Assembly (NCBI RefSeq): GCF_009914755.1
Contig: NC_060933.1
Strand: one strand, 5' to 3'
DNA: 64,000 bases
Source: the human T2T-CHM13v2.0 reference genome, Homo sapiens
The position numbers and the translations under genes were made by a program. Below are positions 37,771 to 55,777 of this stretch, piece after piece. Under the pieces are notes generated by a model. That model worked only from the letters and a program-made list of their open reading frames with translations. It was not told the DNA's origin and searched no databases. Every line of letters starts with the position of its first letter. Positions within the stretch are counted from its first letter, which is position 1.

Positions 37771-38199
37771 TGTATTTTTTTTTTTTAAACCTAATTGTCT
37801 GAATCAGAAGAATCATTAGATTTATCTGGAAATGTTCGAGACACTCAGGACCGAGGACATTCTTTCTAATCCATTTTGCGTTGGACCTGTTCTTAGAAGC
37901 TTATCATTGGAAGGTGACAGTAATGGTGTGATTGTTCACCCCACCATGGAAACTTGCCTGTTACATTTCTAGTATATTATTATTATACTAGTGAGGGCTC
38001 CAGGCTTCTACTTTGACACCAGCATTAATTCTGTCTCTTACTTTTTCACATTCTTTTAACAGCCCCAAGATGTTCTCGTTCACACACCTCAGTTTCTCAA
38101 ATCCCCATCTGAGCAAAGACCCAAAACCATTTTTGTTCACATTTGACAATACCTGCTCCCACTTAAAATAAGTAATAATTAAATCATTTTACAAGTTGA

Positions 38200-38559
<360 letters not shown>

Positions 38560-38668
38560 TAAACAGTGGGAAAGGAAACTGTTTTTCCCTATGATGTTTC
38601 TAACTAATGACGGAATTGTAACTGGGTCTTATACTGTCACACCAATATGGTGGTTGGCTCCAGCCCAC

Positions 38669-38989
<321 letters not shown>

Positions 38990-39638
38990 TGCTCAACTCA
39001 CTTCTGCTTATATTCTAGAAATTAGAAGACTGATTGAAAAGATGTGTGTTCCCCTTGAAAGCAGTTGCTAGGCCATTGTGAGGAAGGAGATGGCTCTCCA
39101 AGTTTATGCGCTATAACAGTTTTTCTGCTGAGCCAGCTTGTTTTTTAAAACAGATCTTTTTCAGAAGTAAAAGGGGGCTGTTTGCTTCAGTTATAAAGCA
39201 ACATCCACACTCATATCTTTTAAATCCTGGCTCATTTCAGCCTGACTTGTGGCATATTCTGCCTCAGAACTCACCAGCTCTGATGCTTGTGGTCAGTATT
39301 GGCTCACTGTACTGACAGGTGTTGTGCCCCCACACTTTCAGTACAGTGTCAGGGCTTTGCATCAAAGTGACTTCCAGCAGAGAAAAATACCAGTGTTAGG
39401 TACTAGAATGAAGAGAATTTGTGAGAGGGGATCAGGGAATTGGTCTATGTTGGTATAAAAGTTGTATCTCAATCAGTATCAGGAAATGATGATGTATCTT
39501 AGTAGAGGTGGGTAGGCAAATTTCATGCGATAACTGAAAGATATAGATGCCAGCCTGTTAGTTTACTGGTACTTTTCTATGTTAACGCTAATTTTAGCAT
39601 TTTCCCTGCAGTCGAACATAAAGAATTTACCAATTTAA

Positions 39639-39977
<339 letters not shown>

Positions 39978-40268
39978 TGATGTGACAGCCCTCTCCCCTT
40001 TGTGGAGAGAGTTCTAAGAAAGCAGAGACTAGGTCTGAAAATCTTTGCTTTTAAGGGGAGGGATTAGAACTGCCACATTTAGTTAAGGTGGAAATCAGTG
40101 GGGTTTGTTTTTTTTTTTAAACAAAATTGCTAATCCTACTTTTGAATAATGTCTGCTTAGAGCCCTAAAATTATAACCTTTGAAATTCGATCATCGAATA
40201 ACACTAGCGTCATCTCTTAGTATCTTACAGATTGCAGCTACCCCAAGAGGTAGGTATTTGAATGGCTA

Positions 40269-40866
<598 letters not shown>

Positions 40867-42516
40867 AAGCTTTTTTTTTAACATTGTAAAATTTAACTTT
40901 TACAGAAGGAAGCGCTAATAAGTCAGTTAGCACTTAACATTTCGTCAGTGGCTTGTCATTATCCCAAACTTTCTACTACTTTCTACGTTAATGTACATTG
41001 TACATTAGGATTTTACAGTCTGCGTAGTTGGTCTCAAGGACTTCAGTTATCACTAGTTATCAGTTTTATAAGCTAGTAGTTCTCAACTAGAGGCTGCCCC
41101 CACTTCCCTGTCCTCCACCCCTGAAACAGTTGGCAGTGTTGCTGGCATTTAGTGGGTAGAGGCCAGGAATGCTGCAAAAAAAAAATCTTTAAAATGCATA
41201 AGACACCCCCACAACAAAGGGTTATCTAGCCCCAAAATGTCAGTAGTGCCAGGGTCAAGAAACAGATATAAGCCAAATATTTTCATTTTAGCTGAGTAAA
41301 ATTATTTTTTAGATGTATCACTGCTTACAACACTTATCAATTTAGAGTTTTTTTTAAAGACTAAAAAGACATAATAGTTTGATTTAGGAAAAAAGAACTA
41401 ACATTAAACAGTGATAAGTCAAAAGATTGTAAAGAAAAATTCAAATATTAAAACCTTTATTAAGACATCTAACATATATATTGAAGAACAAAACAAAGAT
41501 AACTTTTGAGGTACCTTTGGGCTTTCTAAAAATAGAATTCTTTGATCTCTTTAAATATTACTTGGACCAGGTAGAATCTTGCCATTGTGCTGAACAGGCC
41601 TGAAATCAAGTTGATCAAGTCAATGATCTGTAAAACGTTAAAATCTATTAGGATTGAGGATTGTTCCACTCAGCAGAAGGTGGTGTGATCTGTATTATCA
41701 TGTTGGATGCAAAAATTTCTAAGGTATAGGCACCTTTGAATATGAAATATGAAAGATGTGCAGTCGTGGGCAAGATGTTCTGGTCACTTCTTTGAAAGAG
41801 GGAATAAAAGAGAATTAACTACAGGTCTGTCATTCTGCTTGTGATAACCACTTTCACCTTGGCCAGTGATGCAGTTAGTAATGAGCCACAAGCTTTGCTC
41901 AGGCTTCCTTAATTGCTAATTATAGAATGTCATTAAGTCTTTTGGGATACAATTTACAATTATAAGACGAAAGCTGATGAGGAGGTGTCAGATATATGCC
42001 TCTTAGTCTCTTCTCCCATTATTGTCCAAGCTCCATTTTCCACATTTTATTCATTATGCCTTTCTGTCTCACTAGGCCATGAGTTTCTTTAGAGAAGAAA
42101 CTATAGATACATTTTGTATTCGCAGCCCCTAACACAGAGCCTGGCACATAATAAGCCCATGTTAAAGAAAGACAGTGAATGAGTGGCAGAAATCCTGAGT
42201 CTAGATGCTGTTAATCCTCTAGCTCAAGCTGCCCTTTTCCAGGACAGACCAGCAGTGTGGCAGGTGTCTCAGCTCTGTGTAGAAAAGCTGGCCAGAGAAT
42301 TCTTTTCCCCTACTCTAGTACATTCGATTCAGTTACAGGAAGCCTTGTTCCATCACCTGTGTTAATGGAGTAGGCCAGGTGTTCCTTTGAACACAATGCT
42401 GCAAGAACTACCTAGAGTAGATTTCCTTCACATGATAAGGCTCTAATCTGCTTGGGCTCATGTCTTGGTTTTTCATTTATATGTGGCTAGAACTTTTTAT
42501 CCTTTGCTGGAATTAA

Positions 42517-42690
<174 letters not shown>

Positions 42691-43184
42691 TAGTAGCGGT
42701 GGACTGCCTGCAGGGAGCAGCAGTGCCACTGTCACAGTCTGGTTTTCCTGCACCGCCTTAGGTTATAAGGGGGGTGGCGGCTAAGCCTGCCTACACAATG
42801 CATTTTCAGGAGACTGTCCTTTTTAACTGGCCGGTGACAGTTGCCTCACAAACTTTTAAAGTTTGTCTTGATGCTGTATGCTCAGTTTCTGTTTGCCATG
42901 TGTAAGTCTCTGTGTGGTACACATTAGGTGTGCAGGTTGATTTTTTTTTTTTTTTTTAATGCCCTAGGGGTTCCAGAGTTGATGCTTTGGGTCTCATGCA
43001 GACTTGATTCTGGAAACTGTAATCTCAAGGGTGACACTCTCCTCCCTCACTTCCCTTCTCCAGGCATTTCTGTTCTTCCCATTTCTTTTGCTTTTGTATA
43101 AAAGACAGCACCTCTGTTTGGAGACTTTAGCTTCTCTGCCATGCCATGTTTGAGGGCTGGATTGTTGCTGGTGGAGCTCACTTG

Positions 43185-43540
43185 TTTTTTTGGTGGTGGT
43201 GGTGGTTTTGTTGTTGTTGTTGTTGTTGTTTTTTGTTTTTTGTTTTTTCTTAGACAAGGTCTCACTCTTGCCCAGACTGGAGTGCAGAGTGCAGTACGAT
43301 CATGGCACACTGTAGCCTTAACCTTCTGGGCCCAAGCCATGCTCCCATATCTGCCTCCCAAGTAGCTGCTGGGACTACAGGCACATGACACCACACCCAG
43401 CTAATTTTTTAATTTTTTGTAGAGATGGAGTTTTTGCCATGTCACCCCAGGCTGGTCTCAAATTTCTGGGCTCAAGTGATCCTCTCACCTCATCCTCACA
43501 AAGTGCTGTGATTATAGGCAGGAGCCACTGTGCCCAGCCT
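43185..43540 (-). mobile_element. AluJ with (TGG)n(TGT)n tail
   Basis: Alu consensus with a microsatellite tail. Confidence 0.85.
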
Positions 43541-45059
43541 AGCTCATTTGTCTTTAGTCCTCATCTGTGTTCGGAATTCAGGGTGCTGACTCCCTCCCGC
43601 TGCCCTGGGCAGGTTCGCAGAACATGCCTGTGCCCTGCTTTGCCCTGCATATTTTGTGACTGTGATCCCTTTAGACCAACCACCATCCCCTGTGGCAAAG
43701 GGAAGAGTTGAGGGACATTTCCTCACTTGGAACATGGGGATCTTGAGGACTAGTATCAGATTTCAGGGAGTTAGTGTCTGGTACCCATGATTAGTCTAGC
43801 AGCAAGAAGGGCAGCCATAGACCTTGTGGTTCTCCACAGCGTGCCCACCCTCTGCCATTGCACAGAGCAGATCTGCCCACGGTTCTGTTTTCCCTCTCTC
43901 AAGTGGCCCTGCCTCACTGGTCCGCTGGCCTCTTTTTTTCCATGTTGTTCTGTTTATCAACACTGCTTGTTTGAGGAATTTTTAGTTATCTCAGGGCCAT
44001 ACTAACAGCCAAAAAACAAGCCTTCTCTATTACTATTTTGTAGTGACCTCGGAGCCTTGGTATGCTGTTTAGACCAAGATGGTATTTGTGGTTGTTGCAA
44101 GCTTTTCAAGGGAAAGAACTATGCATTAGAGTTTGGGAATTGTAGCCAGATTCCCAGCATAGGGAAGGCAAGGCAGAATGTTACATAAGATGGGAAAACT
44201 CAGCATATGGTACAGGAAGTATTGTCTAGTGTTTCTGAGATATATTAGGTGCTAACCATGTATGAGAAGCACCTTTTGGAGATTCCACTTCTCCTTTTCT
44301 CAAGCTTCATTTCCCTAAATGGTTCATCTGAGCTGATCTTTGATGAAGGGTTTGTTCAAGGAGTAATTTTGAGTCTACTCTTTCTGACAAAAAATCTCAG
44401 ACAACTTAAGAAATCTTGAAGAAACTTTCTGTTCCATTCTCCACAGAATTAGACTCTGGTATAATTATTTCATGTGTATGCCCAGCATGGTGCCTGAAAT
44501 GTAGAAGCATTCCTTTCAATAATCATTTATTGAATAATAGGTAAACTCTACTCCAAACATAAATTGAAAAGTGAAAATTGGTGTTTACTGCCACCCCTCC
44601 CCAGGAAAGATCGAGAGAATATGTTCATTGTAAAATGACTTGCTTTCAGATTCTTTTATGTTTTATTTTTAAAATTATTTTCAGCCAGCTCTCGTGGAAC
44701 AGATTCTTTTAAACAGTAGTTTCCTAAGTGTATTTTAAGTATTTAATTTTGCAGTTAGCTTTTTCTCAGTGGTATCTACAGAAGATTCATCATAGGATGA
44801 GCTTACATATTTCTGCCATTGGTGTACTTTATGTTCATTGGCCTCATCCATTCAGTTCGTTGGAAGAGTGTTTATCTGGCGCCAACCCACAGCTATTCAA
44901 ATTCCTTTGCAGTGCTCCATCGCTTGATTCAGCAGATTCTTACACAGCGTCTGCTGTGAGCATGATACTGCCCTGGGTACTAGAGATAGGGTAGTTGAAT
45001 AAGACAAACCAAACAAGAAGACAGCCGGGAAACTGCCAATTACACAAACACTTATTTTG

Positions 45060-46290
45060 GTGTGCATTCATTCATTTATTCATTCTTTCAACAAATACTT
45101 AATGAGCATTTGTTGTATGCCACACAGTATTCTTAGGAGCTGGAGATAAACTACCTGTTTTGTTGTTAACAAAATAGACCAAAAAAACTAACAGACTGAT
45201 TGTTTGGAGAGACAAACAATAATCAAAATAAATAAGTAAAATATGTAATATGTTAGATGGTGATATGGTGTGATGGAGAAAATTAAAGCGGGGGAAAGGT
45301 TAGAGAGTATTGTCTGAACATGGGTTATAATTTTAAATAGGGTGGCCAGGGAAGGCCTTCTCAGGAAGGTGACCTTTGAATGAAGAGAGAAAGGCCACAC
45401 AGCAGGTCTCATTAATATCTCGGAAGAAAGCTCCAAGCACAGGGCCTGTAGCAGGAGCGTGTCTACAAGTTGAAGAGCGAGCCAGGGGGGACCTCTGGTG
45501 ACGAGAGTAGAGGGAACAAGAGGAAGAATGCTGGGGGAGTAGGTCAGGAAAGACTGTTGGTGGACAGTGTCTGTTTGAGTCCCTGCTTTCAGTTCTTTTG
45601 GGTATGTATGTAGGAGTGGAATCGCTGGATTACATAGCTCAAACTGGTTTACAGAGGTGCTGCACCATTTTTCATTCCCAACAGCAATGTATGGGGGTTC
45701 CAGCTTCTCCACATCCTCACCAACACTCATTATTGACTATCTTTTTGGTTATAGTCATCCTAGTGGTATAAAATGGTATCTCACACTATCAGTGGTTTTG
45801 ATTTGCATTTCCCTAATGGCTGGTGATATTGAGCATCTTTTCACGTGCTTATTGGCCAGTTGTATCTTTGGAGAAATATCTATTTAGTTCCTTTGCTCCA
45901 TTTTAAAATTAGGTTGTCTTTTTATTTTTGAGCTCTAAGTTTCTTTATATAATCTGTATTCAAGTCTCTCATCAAGCATATGATTTGCAAATATTTTCTC
46001 CCATTCTTTGAGTTGTTTTTCACTTTCTTGTTGTGTCCTTTGACACGAAAATTTAGTCCAGTTTATCTATTTTTTCTTTTGTTGCTTGTGCTTTAGGTGT
46101 CACATGTAAGAAACCATTGCCTAATCCAAGGTCATAAAGATTTACACCGATGTTTTCTTTGAAGAGTTATGTGGTTTTAGCTCTTATATCTAGGTCTCTG
46201 ATCCATTTGGAGTTAATTTTTGTAAATGGTGTGAAGTAGAGATCCAACTTCATTGTTTTGAATGTGGATATCCAGTTGTCCCAGCACCAC
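45060..46290. mobile_element. L2 fragment followed by an antisense L1MB-type fragment (about 45565-46290)
   Basis: cattcattcatttattcattc L2 end; minus-strand L1 ORF2 remnant (VGEDVEKLEPPYIAVGN). Confidence 0.7.
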
Positions 46291-46500
46291 AACATATCTT
46301 TTCCATCCTTTTATTTCAACTTATTTTGTCTTTATATTTAAAATGGGTTTCTTGTAGCACAGCAATGTGAATGTACTTAGTATCACTGAACTACATGTGC
46401 ACTTAAAAATGGTTACTTTTAAGATGGCAGATTTTGTTAAGTGTATTTTACCACAATAAACAAAAATAATTTAAAAAAATAAAATGGATTTCTTATAGAT

Positions 46501-46858
46501 TAGGGGTCCCCAGCCCTGGGCTGCAGACCAGTACCGGTCTGTGGCCTCTTAGGAACTGGGCCACACAGCAGGTGAGCGGCAGGCAAGTGAGCATTACCAC
46601 CTGAGCTCCACCTCCTGTCAGATCAGCGGCAGCTTTGGATTCTCATAGGAGCATGAACCCTATTGTGAATTGCACATGCAAAGGATCTAGGTTGCATGCT
46701 CCTTATGATAATCTAACTGAATAAAATATAAAATTATAGCCTGATGATCTGAGGTGAAACAGTTTCATCCTGAAACCATCCCCCTCCGCTGTCCGTCTGT
46801 GGAAAAAATTGTCTTTCACAAAACCAGTCCCTGGTGCCAAAAAGGTTGGGGACCACAG
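46501..46858. mobile_element. MER1B-like hAT-Charlie MITE
   Basis: taggggtccccagcc...aaggttggggaccacag termini; degenerate 8-bp TSD ttatagat/ttgtagac. Confidence 0.8.
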
Positions 46859-46865
46859 TTGTAGA

Positions 46866-47920
<1,055 letters not shown>

Positions 47921-48181
47921 TTTAAAAATAATAACTCTAGTAATGACCAGAAACTTAAAAGGAACTTTAATCCTTTTGTTTTTCTAATTACAAATGTTTG
48001 TTGTAGATATAAAAAAGATAGTTAAAAAGAACAAACTTAAAATCACCTTTATTCCCACCACAAATGTATGATTGTTATTTACACATTTTTTCATCCTTAT
48101 TTTATGAAAATGTTTCTTGTTAGAGAAAAATTTGGATGCATGCTGCTTTGTAAATTTGTAACCTTTTCAGCTTAATCATGA

Positions 48182-48910
<729 letters not shown>

Positions 48911-51275
48911 TAATGCAATTCCGTCTTAATTATTTAAGTTACTTAGCATCTAAACATTCATGCAGGAAATACAATTTGCTTTAACAGACTTTTGGATACT
49001 ATTTTAAAGAATGTGTCTTTGAAGACATTAAATTTACCAATGGAGAAAATAGTTGGCAGTTATATTTCCATCGACAGATGTCAAAAACGCCCAAGAATTG
49101 AATATAGAGTGTTTGTTTTCAGTATCTTCTATCATTTTCATTCTTTTTCCCTGTTGATTTCTTTGTTTCTTCAGTTACTCTTGATAAGTTCCACTCTCTC
49201 ATATATGAGTATGTATGAAAAGATACATGTGATAGTGATTAAGATTTACCAAAATAAAACATAACCAGGTCTCTTGTTTTTTATGCTTTTTAAAATCCTG
49301 AAATAAGTTACAAGAAGTTGAGGCTTTTTACAACAATGGGATGAGTATTTACCTTGTTGAAGTTCATTAAAGTTGGAGGGATCAATAGCAAAGGGCCTAG
49401 GTGACATTTTAATGCTTCACAACCCAATTTTATAATTGTGTGTAGAGTACACATCCATGGAACATGTGTGCATTTGTCTGCCTCTGTTGGCATGTAGTGC
49501 TGGTAATGTGTGGCCAAAAACAGAAAAAAATGACTCTTCTGTGTTTTATTTTTCTCCAAGAACCCGAGTTTCCAGACTCTTAGTGATCTGTGCCTCTGTC
49601 GCTCATTTCTGAAGCAGGAACTTTAGTGTTGCTGGCAATGTCAGTGTCATTTGTAGACTCACTCAGTAAAGAGATGTCTCTTTGGGGCTCTGTTATAGCA
49701 CCATTTTCTTCTTAGAACAAATATCAAGATGAATTTCTGATATTTTTCAACTCCATATTGCTAAAAAGTGGAATAAAGTCACCTAAGATATGGATACTTC
49801 TGAATTTGGCTTTTCTATCTCTTGATCATTTCTAGCTATTGATTTCCATTGTTTTGGTTCATGCTCATGCAAAAACGTTTGAACATATTTGTTTGAGAGT
49901 ATACTGTTTTTTTCTGTGTGCTGTCTTGGATCTTGATAAGAGATTTATTGGATCTGGTTTGTTAATTGGTTTACTGGCTGATTGCACTGAACAGCATTTC
50001 TTTGCAGGGGTGTCACGTGGTGTGTAGGTACTGTGAATCCTAATTTTGTGTATTTGGGGATTTAGGATACTCAGGAGATACATAGAATTATCACAAATAA
50101 ATAGAATAATAATTACACTCAGTCTTATTCATGCATAATTTACTATCATGTCACAATTGAATTCTGGCTGTAAAAAATTTTCTAAAATTTGGATAAATTG
50201 CTGCTTTTATTTTTATTTCTGATTTCTGTTTGTCTTTGAGAAAGCATGAAAGAGTTTCCTTTCCTTTGTAATCCTTGTGAGCTCCAACCTCTTCTCTAAG
50301 CAAGTCTGCTGTGTCTGTCCAGGTACTGCTCAGGGCCCAGCAGTCTCACTCACACATTCTTTTCCTCTGGTACAGATTCAGCGGAGGTGACGGGGGAACA
50401 CTGTATCTGTATTGCCTGCTTGGTAAACTATCTCAGGGGAACAGAGATGTGTTTCTCCAGAGAGATGCATATTTATAGCTGCTTCTGGCTTCAGTAGAAG
50501 CATGAAACGGGTTTTGTTTCATTGAACATAAGTTCACTTTTTCTTCTCTCTCAATCTAATAAAGTCTGTTTAGGAAGGTCCCCTTGTTATTCCAGCAGAG
50601 AATCTCAATATGCTTGTAAGGTTTGTTAAGCTGTTTGATAATTTTCTTCCGTGAGGCACAGGCCTATCTTTTATCTTCTAAGTTCATTTTTGATGGAAAA
50701 TATGAATCCTCCCTAAATCTAGGGGAGTTCTGAAAAATAACCAGGTCCTACAACTACTACTGCTATATATACCAGTCAGAGTAGCGCTGGGCTGACAACA
50801 GATAAATTGAAAAAATTGCCGCTAGGAGCCAAGAACTTTTGTGTGTGATTACACTAACAGGTAGTTTTCCCATATGTGAACACTAGTTATTGAAATAACA
50901 GTTCCTCACATACAGTATTCACCTACTTCAGAGTTAACAAAAGATGATGAGAGCTCTTTCTGCGAATAGGGGTATACTTTTCATGCTGTAGCAAAGATGC
51001 AGGTTGGGAATGGAACAGTGGTACATTTGAATCCCTTGGATGCTGACCTGGTGAGCCCTGGAGATAGCTGCTGTGAGAAGCTAAGATCTCTTTGGATAGC
51101 ACCTTTGCGGTAGCAGCGAATTGGATGCATAGGTGGCAGTGAGAATGCTTCCCATAGAGCCTGCTTGGGTAAGAGAATCAGGAATTTCTCGTGGTCTACA
51201 ACAGGGGGAAGGGCCAGGGAGGAGGAGGGCTTATACTCTGGATAGCAAAAAGATCTAGTTCTGAATGGTTACTAA

Positions 51276-51611
<336 letters not shown>

Positions 51612-51622
51612 TGATTTTTACT

Positions 51623-51924
51623 TTTTTTTTTTTTTTTTTTTTGAGACAGAGTCTTACTCTGTCGCCCAGGCTCAAGTGCAGTGGTGCGATCTTGGCTCAC
51701 CGCAACCTCTGCCTCCTGGGTTCAAGTGATTCTCGTGGCTCAGCCTCCTGAGTAGTTGGGATTACAGGCACCCACCACCATGCCCAGTCAATTTTTGTAG
51801 TTTTAGTAGAGACGCGGTTTCACCGCGTTGGCCAGGCTAGTCTCGAGCTCCTGACCTCAGATGATCCATCTGCCTCGGCCTCCCAAAGTGCTGGGATTAC
51901 AGGTGTGAGCCACCGTACCCGGCC
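51623..51924 (-). mobile_element. AluS element starting 20 nt after the exon 25 donor
   Basis: Consensus; ttttactttt duplicated on the flanks. Confidence 0.92.
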
Positions 51925-53290
51925 TGAGTTTTACTTTTAACATTCATGCCGTGTCTGTCTTTGTAAGTGAAGACCATACTGTTTTTAAGTCTTGACTTTG
52001 TTTAAATGAACCATAAGTCTGATAAAGGCCCATAATCCCTTCCCCACAATTTATGCCAGTCTTGACATGGCTGTTAATCAGGGTAGGTCAGTCAGGACCT
52101 GATACTGTCTTCATAGGCCATTTAAACATTCTGCACCTAGTAATTTGGGGTCATAATTCTAATACCATACATTTTTATATGAAGTATTTTGCTTTGCAGT
52201 TTACTTTCACATTATCTCAGTTAACCCATACAACAGCCGTGTACAGTGGGAGGATAGGTGTTTAGATATGTCTCACTGGTGAGGCAGCCTAGGCTTGAGT
52301 GACCAACGCAAACTCTCACGATTAGTAAATGGTGGAACCAGAGCTGGGACCCAAGGCTTCTGACTTCCTCCTGTCCATTGCTCGTTTCACTACACAGTTG
52401 AGTATCAATGTCTGGGGTATAGGTTATCTGGTTTTCTCCTGCAATCCCTGTTTGTCAGAGTTTGCATATTTTTAGTGATGTTATGTCTAGCTTGTCTAGC
52501 TTCAGGCTTTTGCCTGATAAACATTGTCCCTTAGAAAAATAGGTGATATTGCAAACAGTTAAACAATCCAGAAAAAAGTGATAGGGGATGGTTGGAAGGT
52601 CAGTCAGGCTAGTGCTGAAACTCTTCCTAAGAAGTTCTGGTTTCTCTCACTACTCTTACATCTGTCTCTGAGATGAGTAGTTTGTGTTAGAGATCAGAAT
52701 TTGAGACTGGATATCAGGACTTGCCTATTTAAGTTCTCAAACTTGCCTCTGTTCCTTAGTTTACCATAACTTAAAATGGCATTTAAGCATTTAGCATTCG
52801 ATCTTTCTTCTGGAGGTATTTGTGTTCACCATGGAAAACACATGATAAGGCATAAGTCATGGCGAGTGAAGGAACATTGACTGGAGATGGATAAGTCAGT
52901 TTTGCTTTTAACCTTATTGTACATGCTTTGAGAGCTAGAACCATTTTATTAATTTACTCCTTCATTAATTCATCTACCTAATAGTCAAGTGCTTTTGATG
53001 TGCTAAGCACTGTGCTAGGCACTGGGAAGATAGCCATGAACTAGGCCAGTGTGACTGCCTTCTTGGAGCTTGCAGAGTATTTCTATTTTCATCCTTTAAT
53101 ATGATCTTACATATGGTTAACTTAAATTGAGACCTTTTTTTTGTTTCCTTTTTCTTTTTGGTAATTTATCTAAAAGTATTTGTCCTTGCTTATTTCAAAT
53201 TATATTTTTGTGTTTACATTTTACATATTTCTTTGTTACAAAGAATGGTTAGTGGTTTAACATAAACATTTTGCTTGCATTCTGTTATAG

Positions 53291-53392
<102 letters not shown>

Positions 53393-54666
53393 TGAAAAGT
53401 GAAAGAAGCACTCCACAATAGGGGTTATTGTTCTGGATCACTGAGACAGTTGCCATAGGAAACAGGAGTCACATTTGATGAGATCGGGAGCATTCAGGGT
53501 AGTATGACCATAGACAAGAGATCATATTTGAAAGCCGTCAGCTAATGAAGAATTTCTAGAAAATTAGTATGCCCTTCAATGGCTATGTAGACTTCTGAAA
53601 TTTTTAGGTTAGTTTGAAAATGATAGAGCAATAGGAGAAAAACCTCCCTTTAAATTCTTTTCCTAAAATGGAGCAATAGTATTATCTTTTTCTTCCTTGC
53701 TGGATGATCACAGTTGAGAGGAATGGATCAGAATGCTAAACGCTATTTCTTCCACTAAAAGGAATTAAAAATTCTGTTGGTCCACAGTGACAGTTCAAAA
53801 GCCTATAAGGTAGAGAAAGTGAAACAGATTTGTAAGATCTCAGAGTATATAATGAGTCGATATTATGAGATTTTATGGCTTCACGTAACTTCTCCTACAC
53901 TCACTCAAGCATAATTATTCTTAATTTAGTTTTCACAGTAACCATGAGTGTTTTGACCAGACACTTTGTCCAAGTGTCATTGCCCAAACCAACTTTATGC
54001 AGAATGTGGGTCTTCCTCAGTGTCCCCTTTTGTTGGCTCCTTTATTATAGCCTACCTAATTTGGCGTGTATTACTTCCTGCTGCAAGGGTCTTGTGCTGT
54101 CTGCAATACTGAATTTTTACAACACTGTTGATTCTGGCATTTGTTTCAATCATGCTCTTAAGTGGGCCTTCAAGCAAATTCTGTTAGAAATTGAACTTCA
54201 TACATTAGCAGCCTGCGTCTCATAATCTTAATCATACAGTCATTCTGACTTTCTCTGTAATCCCAAACTTTCTGATTGGATACTGGATTTATCTTTAGTA
54301 GCTATTCCTTGCAGAAGGAAGCCATTATTGCATAAGCCAGAGTTGTATTCTAGAATTCGGAGTGATATGGAACCACAGTTGGTATCATGTACGCCTCACA
54401 TGAGAAGGAGGTATCTAGCACTTCTCGACCGGGGCCTAAAGCTTTATGTTAAAAGGAAAATTATATAGTAGAACTGTCAAAGACTTGAGTATTTTACAAA
54501 AAGGTTTTGAAAGATCATATACTCTTTTTTCAAGGACTTCATTGGAGAGGTTTTTGTCACTCTTGGAGTTAGAATCAAAGAAACCTAAGGAACTTTGCTT
54601 TATGCATGTCTGGGCAAGTAGTGTGACTTGCAAGAAATTTCCGAGATTCACCATTCATTGCTGATC

Positions 54667-54718
54667 ATGAAATCCTCTCTTTTGTTACGAGGTGTTCACT
54701 TCTGTTTTCACTTGCCAG
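54667..54718 (+). CDS. NUP214: Coding part of a putative alternative first exon in intron 26: MKSSLLLRGVHFCFHLP(G), in frame with exon 27
   Basis: ATG with A at -3, 17 codons + 1 nt, strong CAG|gtaatc donor, phase 1 matching exon 27; the predicted 916-aa length agrees with my recollection of an annotated short isoform. Confidence 0.7.
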
Positions 54719-55199
54719 GTAATCAAGGTTTAGAAAAGAACTTTTTTCTTTTGGTAGGAAAACTTCCCTGAAAGGTGCTGCTTAAGAGTTTGCAAAAAGT
54801 TTCTTTTTGAAAAAGAGCATTTCTAAAACCTCTAGAGAATAGTTCTCTTATTAGTAATGGAAATACCTTCATTGTTTTTCTGATTGTAAAACTATTACAT
54901 GCCCAGAAAAAGCCTATGGTGTAGAGATATATAATGTAGAATGTGAAAGCTGCCCTATAGATTCTGTATTCCAGAGATCATGATTTCATGTATATCTCTT
55001 GAGGTTACTTCATTGTTTTTTAAAGAAAAATATCCTATATACTGTATATCCTATATATATTGATTTTGTAACTTATTTCCCCTTCTCTGCCCCCTCTTAC
55101 AATAAATGTCTTGGTCTCTGCAGGTCTGATACAGATCCACCTTACTCATTTTAAGAGCTGTCTACAACCTCATTGTGTAGTTATACCCTGTTAAATTTA

Positions 55200-55777
<578 letters not shown>

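Noticed and set aside
45188-45730. 180-aa minus-strand ORF
   Set aside because: Chimera of L1 and L2 fossil sequence
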